A DNA stretch of 45,588 nt from a virus (Duplodnaviria; Heunggongvirae; Uroviricota; Caudoviricetes): IMG/VR virus record IMGVR_UViG_2531839665_000023; one strand, given 5' to 3'. The position numbers were made by a program, and so were the translations under genes. Below, piece by piece: positions 40,359-45,588 of the stretch. Below the pieces are notes generated by a model. The model was not told the DNA's origin and did no database searches. It worked only from the letters and a program-made list of their open reading frames with translations. The number at the start of each line of letters is the position of its first letter. Position 1 is the first letter of the stretch.

Positions 40359-43300
40359 ATGGCAGTAAAGATTTCAGGTGTACTGAAAGACGGCACAGGA
40401 AAACCGGTACAGAACTGCACAATCCAGCTGAAAGCAAAACGTAACAGTACCACTGTGGTGGTGAACACGCTGGCCTCAGAAAATCCGGATGAAGCCGGGC
40501 GTTACAGCATGGACGTTGAGTACGGTCAGTACAGCGTTATTCTGTTGGTGGAGGGATTCCCGCCGTCACATGCCGGGACCATCACCGTGTATGAAGATTC
40601 TCAACCCGGTACGCTGAATGATTTTCTCGGTGCCATGACGGAGGATGATGCCCGTCCGGAGGCACTGCGTCGTTTTGAACTGATGGTGGAAGAGGTGGCG
40701 CGTAACGCGTCCGTGGTGGCACAGAACACGGCAGCCGCAAAGAAGTCAGCCAGTGATGCCAGCACATCTGCCAGTGAGGCGGCAACCCGTGCGACTGATG
40801 CTGCAGATTCAGCACGTGCAGCCAGCACGTCAGCCGGACAGGCCGCGTCGTCGGCTCAGTCAGCGTCTTCCAGCGCAGGAACGGCATCAACAAAGGCCAC
40901 TGAAGCCTCAAAAAGTGCTGCCGCTGCAGAGTCCTCAAAAAGCGCGGCGGCTACCAGTGCCGGTGCGGCGAAAACGTCAGAAACGAATGCGGCAGCGTCA
41001 GAACAATCAGCCGCCACTTCTGCATCCACCGCGACCACGAAAGCGTCAGAAGCTGCCACCTCAGCCAGGGATGCGTCGGCTTCAAAAGAGGCGGCAAAAT
41101 CATCAGAAACGAACGCATCATCAAGCGCCAGTAGTGCAGCTTCCTCGGCAACGGCGGCAGGAAATTCCGCGAAGGCGGCAAAGACGTCTGAGACAAACGC
41201 CAAGTCCTCTGAAACGGCAGTAGCACAGAGTGCCTCAGCTGCGGCAGGCTCAAAAACAGCGGCTGCATCATCTGCCAGTGCCGCGTCAACAAGTGCCGGG
41301 CAGGCCTCAGCCAGTGCCACCGCCGCCGAAAAATCGGCAGAAAGCGCCGCATCATCCGCTTCAACAGCCACAACGAAGGCTGGCGAAGCCACTGAGCAGG
41401 CCACGGCAGCAGCGAGGTCAGCTTCCGCAGCGAAGACATCCGAAACGAACGCGAAAGCGTCGGAAACCCGTGCAGAATCCTCAAAAACGGCAGCGGCATC
41501 GTCCGCCAGTTCGGCGGCGTCATCGGCATCATCGGCGTCTGCTTCAAAAGATGAGGCGACCAGACAGGCGTCAGCAGCGAAGGGCAGCGCCACGACGGCA
41601 TCCACGAAGGCGACAGAGGCAGCTGGTAGTGCGACGGCAGCAGCTCAGAGCAAAAGTACGGCGGAATCTGCAGCAACACGCGCTGAGACAGCGGCAAAAC
41701 GGGCAGAGGATATTGCATCCGCCGTGGCGCTTGAGGATGCGAGCACGACGAAAAAGGGGATAGTACAGCTCAGCAGTGCGACCAACAGTACGTCTGAAAC
41801 GCTGGCGGCAACGCCAAAGGCAGTAAAATCAGCCTATGACAATGCAGAGAAACGTCTGCAGAAAGACCAGAACGGCGCTGATATACCCGATAAGGGACGC
41901 TTCCTGAACAACATTAACGCGGTCAGTAAAACAGACTTTGCTGATAAGCGTGGTATGCGTTATGTGCGGGTTAACGCTCCTGCAGGTGCAACATCTGGAA
42001 AATATTACCCTGTTGTTGTTATGCGTTCTGCTGGCTCAGTAAGCGAACTGGCATCAAGGGTCATTATCACCACGGCAACGCGAACCGCAGGCGATCCGAT
42101 GAATAACTGCGAGTTTAACGGATTTGTTATGCCTGGTGGCTGGACTGACAGGGGGCGTTATGCTTATGGAATGTTCTGGCAATATCAAAACAATGAACGA
42201 GCCATCCACTCAATAATGATGAGTAATAAGGGCGATGATTTGCGCTCTGTGTTCTATGTTGATGGCGCTGCTTTCCCTGTTTTTGCGTTTATCGAAGATG
42301 GCCTGTCAATATCCGCACCTGGTGCTGATCTCGTTGTTAATGATACGACCTATAAGTTTGGGGCAACAAATCCAGCGACTGAATGTATCGCGGCGGACGT
42401 TATCCTTGATTTTAAGAGTGGGCGTGGTTTTTATGAGTCTCATTCGTTAATCGTTAACGATAACTTGTCGTGCAAAAAACTTTTTGCCACAGACGAAATT
42501 GTAGCGCGTGGTGGTAATCAGATTCGAATGATAGGTGGGGAGTATGGTGCATTATGGCGTAATGATGGCGCTAAAACTTACCTGCTGCTTACCAATCAAG
42601 GTGATGTTTATGGTGGCTGGAATACATTAAGACCGTTTGCTATTGATAACGCAACCGGCGAGCTGGTTATTGGAACCAAACTGTCCGCAAGTCTGAACGG
42701 TAATGCATTAACAGCAACAAAGCTGCAAACGCCAAGACGGGTTTCTGGTGTTGAGTTTGATGGTTCCAAAGATATTACTTTAACCGCCGCGCATGTGGCT
42801 GCTTTTGCCAGAAGAGCAACGGATACGTATGCCGATGCGGATGGGGGCGTTCCATGGAATGCCGAATCAGGCGCTTACAATGTCACCCGCTCTGGCGACA
42901 GCTATATTCTGGTTAACTTCTATACCGGAGTCGGAAGTTGCCGGACCCTGCAGATGAAGGCGCATTACAGAAATGGAGGTCTGTTCTACCGTTCCTCAAG
43001 AGATGGCTATGGTTTTGAGGAAGACTGGGCAGAAGTTTATACCTCGAAAAATCTTCCACCAGAAAGCTACCCAGTCGGCGCACCAATCCCGTGGCCATCA
43101 GATACCGTTCCGTCTGGTTATGCCCTGATGCAGGGGCAGACTTTTGACAAATCTGCATACCCGAAACTTGCAGCCGCTTATCCGTCAGGCGTGATCCCTG
43201 ATATGCGTAGCTGGACGATTAAGGGCAAACCTGCCAGTGGTCGGGCCGTATTGTCTCAGGAACAGGACGGCATTAAATCGCACACCCACAGCGCCAGCGC

Positions 43301-43712
43301 ATCCAGTACGGATTTGGGGACGAAAACCACATCGTCGTTTGATTACGGCACTAAATCCACGAATAACACCGGGGCGCATACGCACAGTGTGAGCGGTACA
43401 GCCGCAAGTGCCGGAAACCATACTCATAGTGTCACAGGCGCATCAGCAGTCAGCCAGTGGTCACAAAATGGGTCAGTACATAAGGTAGTGTCTGCGGCCA
43501 GTGTGAATACAAGTGCTGCAGGAGCGCACACTCATAGTGTTAGCGGCACAGCCGCATCTGCAGGTGCTCACGCACATACTGTCGGTATTGGTGCTCATAC
43601 GCACTCTGTTGCGATTGGCTCACATGGACACACTATCACCGTTAACGCTGCTGGTAACGCGGAAAACACCGTCAAAAACATCGCATTTAACTACATTGTG
43701 AGGCTTGCATAA
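40359..43712 (+). CDS. stf: Side tail fibre protein Stf
   Basis: N-terminus [24 protein letters not shown] as lambda Stf; long Ala/Ser-rich repeat region; C-terminal His-rich HTHS repeats. Confidence 0.9.
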   Translation: MAVKISGVLKDGTGKPVQNCTIQLKAKRNSTTVVVNTLASENPDEAGRYSMDVEYGQYSVILLVEGFPPSHAGTITVYEDSQPGTLNDFLGAMTEDDARPEALRRFELMVEEVARNASVVAQNTAAAKKSASDASTSASEAATRATDAADSARAASTSAGQAASSAQSASSSAGTASTKATEASKSAAAAESSKSAAATSAGAAKTSETNAAASEQSAATSASTATTKASEAATSARDASASKEAAKSSETNASSSASSAASSATAAGNSAKAAKTSETNAKSSETAVAQSASAAAGSKTAAASSASAASTSAGQASASATAAEKSAESAASSASTATTKAGEATEQATAAARSASAAKTSETNAKASETRAESSKTAAASSASSAASSASSASASKDEATRQASAAKGSATTASTKATEAAGSATAAAQSKSTAESAATRAETAAKRAEDIASAVALEDASTTKKGIVQLSSATNSTSETLAATPKAVKSAYDNAEKRLQKDQNGADIPDKGRFLNNINAVSKTDFADKRGMRYVRVNAPAGATSGKYYPVVVMRSAGSVSELASRVIITTATRTAGDPMNNCEFNGFVMPGGWTDRGRYAYGMFWQYQNNERAIHSIMMSNKGDDLRSVFYVDGAAFPVFAFIEDGLSISAPGADLVVNDTTYKFGATNPATECIAADVILDFKSGRGFYESHSLIVNDNLSCKKLFATDEIVARGGNQIRMIGGEYGALWRNDGAKTYLLLTNQGDVYGGWNTLRPFAIDNATGELVIGTKLSASLNGNALTATKLQTPRRVSGVEFDGSKDITLTAAHVAAFARRATDTYADADGGVPWNAESGAYNVTRSGDSYILVNFYTGVGSCRTLQMKAHYRNGGLFYRSSRDGYGFEEDWAEVYTSKNLPPESYPVGAPIPWPSDTVPSGYALMQGQTFDKSAYPKLAAAYPSGVIPDMRSWTIKGKPASGRAVLSQEQDGIKSHTHSASASSTDLGTKTTSSFDYGTKSTNNTGAHTHSVSGTAASAGNHTHSVTGASAVSQWSQNGSVHKVVSAASVNTSAAGAHTHSVSGTAASAGAHAHTVGIGAHTHSVAIGSHGHTITVNAAGNAENTVKNIAFNYIVRLA
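40700..41720 (+). repeat. Degenerate tandem repeats inside stf encoding Ala/Ser-rich motifs (AAKTSETNA and similar)
   Basis: Repeated GCC/GCG/TCA-rich units; spawn many spurious ORFs in other frames on both strands. Confidence 0.6.
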
Positions 43713-44287
43713 TGGCATTCAGAATGAGTGAACAACCACGGACCATAAAAATTTATAATCTGCTGGCCGGAACTAATGAATTTATTGGTGAAGGTGACGC
43801 ATATATTCCGCCTCATACAGGTCTGCCAGCAAACAGTACCGATATTGCACCGCCAGATATTCCGGCAGGCTTCGTGGCTGTTTTCAACAGTGATGAGGCA
43901 TCGTGGCATCTCGTTGAAGACCATCGGGGTAAAACGGTTTATGACGTAGCGTCAGGGGACGCGTTATTTATTTCTGAACTCGGTCCGTTACCGGAAAATG
44001 TTACCTGGTTATCGCCGGAAGGGGAGTTTCAGAAGTGGAACGGCACAGCCTGGGTGAAAGATGCAGAAGCAGAAAAACTGTTCCGGATCCGGGAGGCGGA
44101 AGAAACAAAAAACAGCCTGATGCAGGTAGCCAGTGAGCATATTGCGCCGCTTCAGGATGCTGCAGATCTGGAAATTGCAACGGAGGAAGAAATCTCGTTG
44201 CTGGAAGCATGGAAAAAGTATCGGGTATTGCTGAACCGTGTTGATACGTCAACTGCACAGGATATTGAATGGCCAGCACTGCCGTAG
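43712..44287 (+). CDS. tfa: Tail fibre assembly protein Tfa
   Basis: 191 aa; near-identical to lambda Tfa as recalled ([24 protein letters not shown]); TAATG overlap with stf stop. Confidence 0.9.
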   Translation: MAFRMSEQPRTIKIYNLLAGTNEFIGEGDAYIPPHTGLPANSTDIAPPDIPAGFVAVFNSDEASWHLVEDHRGKTVYDVASGDALFISELGPLPENVTWLSPEGEFQKWNGTAWVKDAEAEKLFRIREAEETKNSLMQVASEHIAPLQDAADLEIATEEEISLLEAWKKYRVLLNRVDTSTAQDIEWPALP

Positions 44288-44384
44288 GGTAAAACATATA
44301 AATTCTATAATTAGATGTATCTTTCCATTTACGGCAAGGAAGGGGGCTTGGAAGACGTAAAGCATCTCACACCAAGATTATTTT

Positions 44385-44975
44385 TTATATGTCAGGTGTC
44401 TGAAGTTTTGCTTTGGCTCTTAAAATGGTTTGCCGCGAGGTTTTGAATTCCCGGGCAATGGCACTTATACTTACACCTGACTTAATCCGTTCGAATACCA
44501 CCTGTTTCTGTTCTTCATTTAACACAGGTGGTCGACCAAAACGTTTCCCTGCGCCCCGGGCTCTTACTATCCCGGAATGAGTGCGTTCAAGTAAAAGGTC
44601 TCGTTCAAATTCAGCGACTGCTGAAATTACTTGCATCATCATTTTTCCTGTTGGACTGGTCAGGTCAATGCCCCCCAATGCTAAGCAATGCACTCTGATA
44701 CCTGTTTCGGTCAGTTGTTCCACTGTTTTCCTGATATCCATTGCATTACAACCAAGGCGATCCAGTTTTGTCACAATCAATTGATCACCACATTTCAGGC
44801 GAGCAAGCAACCGGTTAAAACCAGGACGCTCACTGGTTGCTGCTGAGCCGCTAATGTGTTCTTCGATTATTTGCTGAGGTTTGATTTTAAAACCTGCACT
44901 TTCGATTTCCCGGCGTTGATTTTCGGTGGTCTGATCCAGCGTTGATATCCGACAGTAAGCAAAAATTCGAGACAT
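44385..44975 (-). CDS. pin: Serine recombinase, DNA invertase Pin/Hin/Gin family
   Basis: 196 aa; N-terminal catalytic Ser region ([12 protein letters not shown]) and C-terminal HTH. Confidence 0.93.
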
Positions 44976-45354
44976 AGTGAGACTCTATACGAAATTGGTG
45001 TACATATCATAATGCATATCCAAAAATTATTTCGCTTATTATTGTACATATTTGTATGTATACGTTCGAAAATAAACGAATTCGGATGCAGTCCCGTAAT
45101 TTTGGTGTAACCAAAAATCGATTTTTTGAAAAATGGCTTTAACTCGGTTTGTTTTTCGAACTCCGGGCGGACTCGAGGAAGACGAATAATAGTGTTGTAT
45201 GTTATTTCAACCAGATTTTAAGTTGTTTGGTCGTGGAAAAGTGGAGCAAAATGTTGTTAAAGTGGAAAAATGGTAAAAAAAGTAGGTTGTTGCGGAATAA
45301 CGTAGTTGTTGATATTTTTTTAATGCATTGAAAAATTATTTTTCAGGGGGGGTA

Positions 45355-45588
45355 TTACACTTTACCATTTAAATTTTGGTTGTCTTTAAGAACTGATATC
45401 GCTGTTTGTAATAATTCTTTGTTATCCAGCCATGACTTTTTCTTTATGTTTCCTTCAATGTAATCAAGCAATGTTCTGGTATTGATAGGTCTTCCCTGTT
45501 TTGCTACTTCCACGACAGCATCTCCCAGGATAATTCTGACTTCAGGAAGCTGCGCAGGGAACCACTTTAGGGTGTCTTTTGATTTCAT
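45355..45588 (-). CDS. YdfK/YnaE-like small prophage protein
   Basis: 77 aa, complete (start codon at window edge); MKSKDTLKWFPAQLPEV matches Rac/Qin YnaE/YdfK as recalled. Confidence 0.6.
   Translation of the reverse strand: MKSKDTLKWFPAQLPEVRIILGDAVVEVAKQGRPINTRTLLDYIEGNIKKKSWLDNKELLQTAISVLKDNQNLNGKV

Noticed and set aside
40753-41763. Several 150-255-aa ORFs on both strands within the stf repeat tract (40753-41223, 41230-41763, 40856-41605 minus, 40951-41718 minus)
   Set aside because: Products are low-complexity Arg/Pro/Gln or Ala/Asp strings from reading the Ala/Ser repeat DNA in other frames; the stf frame is the conserved one
44288-44384. TTCCATTTACGGCAAGGAA between tfa and pin considered as an invertase crossover site
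   Set aside because: Not palindromic beyond the terminal TTCC/GGAA and no inverted partner found in stf or tfa

Overview
The window holds the left junction and about 45 kb of a mosaic lambdoid prophage in an Escherichia/Shigella-type chromosome; the right end lies beyond the window. All calls come from reading the sequence and ORF track and from recalled protein families; no database search was run. The prophage interrupts the 5' end of prfC (RF3) after codon 21. Gene order from the left: P4-like tyrosine integrase, an AT-rich two-gene cargo cassette, an AlpA-like excisionase and a leftward early operon resembling CPS-53 yfdQ/R/S-type genes, then an immunity region with an S24 (LexA-like) cI repressor, Cro and 17-bp TGTACC-N5-GGTACA operators. 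Rightward follow replication and nin-type genes (O-like initiator with internal iterons, a LexA DNA-binding-domain-only protein, RusA, KilA-N, DUF968, Q-like antiterminator). An intact IS903 with a 9-bp target duplication sits exactly in the predicted late promoter PR'. The lysis cassette is Qin-like (pinholin, SAR endolysin, Rz/Rz1) and interleaved with three cold-shock paralogues and gnsB. The head module has lambda-type terminase, portal and a ClpP-protease/capsid fusion; the tail module is lambda-like (Z, U, V, G/GT, H, M, L, K, I, J, lom, stf, tfa), followed by a Pin invertase and a ydfK-like gene. Most worth follow-up: the int-proximal two-gene cassette, the stand-alone LexA-domain protein, the IS903 hit on PR', and the long structured ORF-poor leader downstream of PL.
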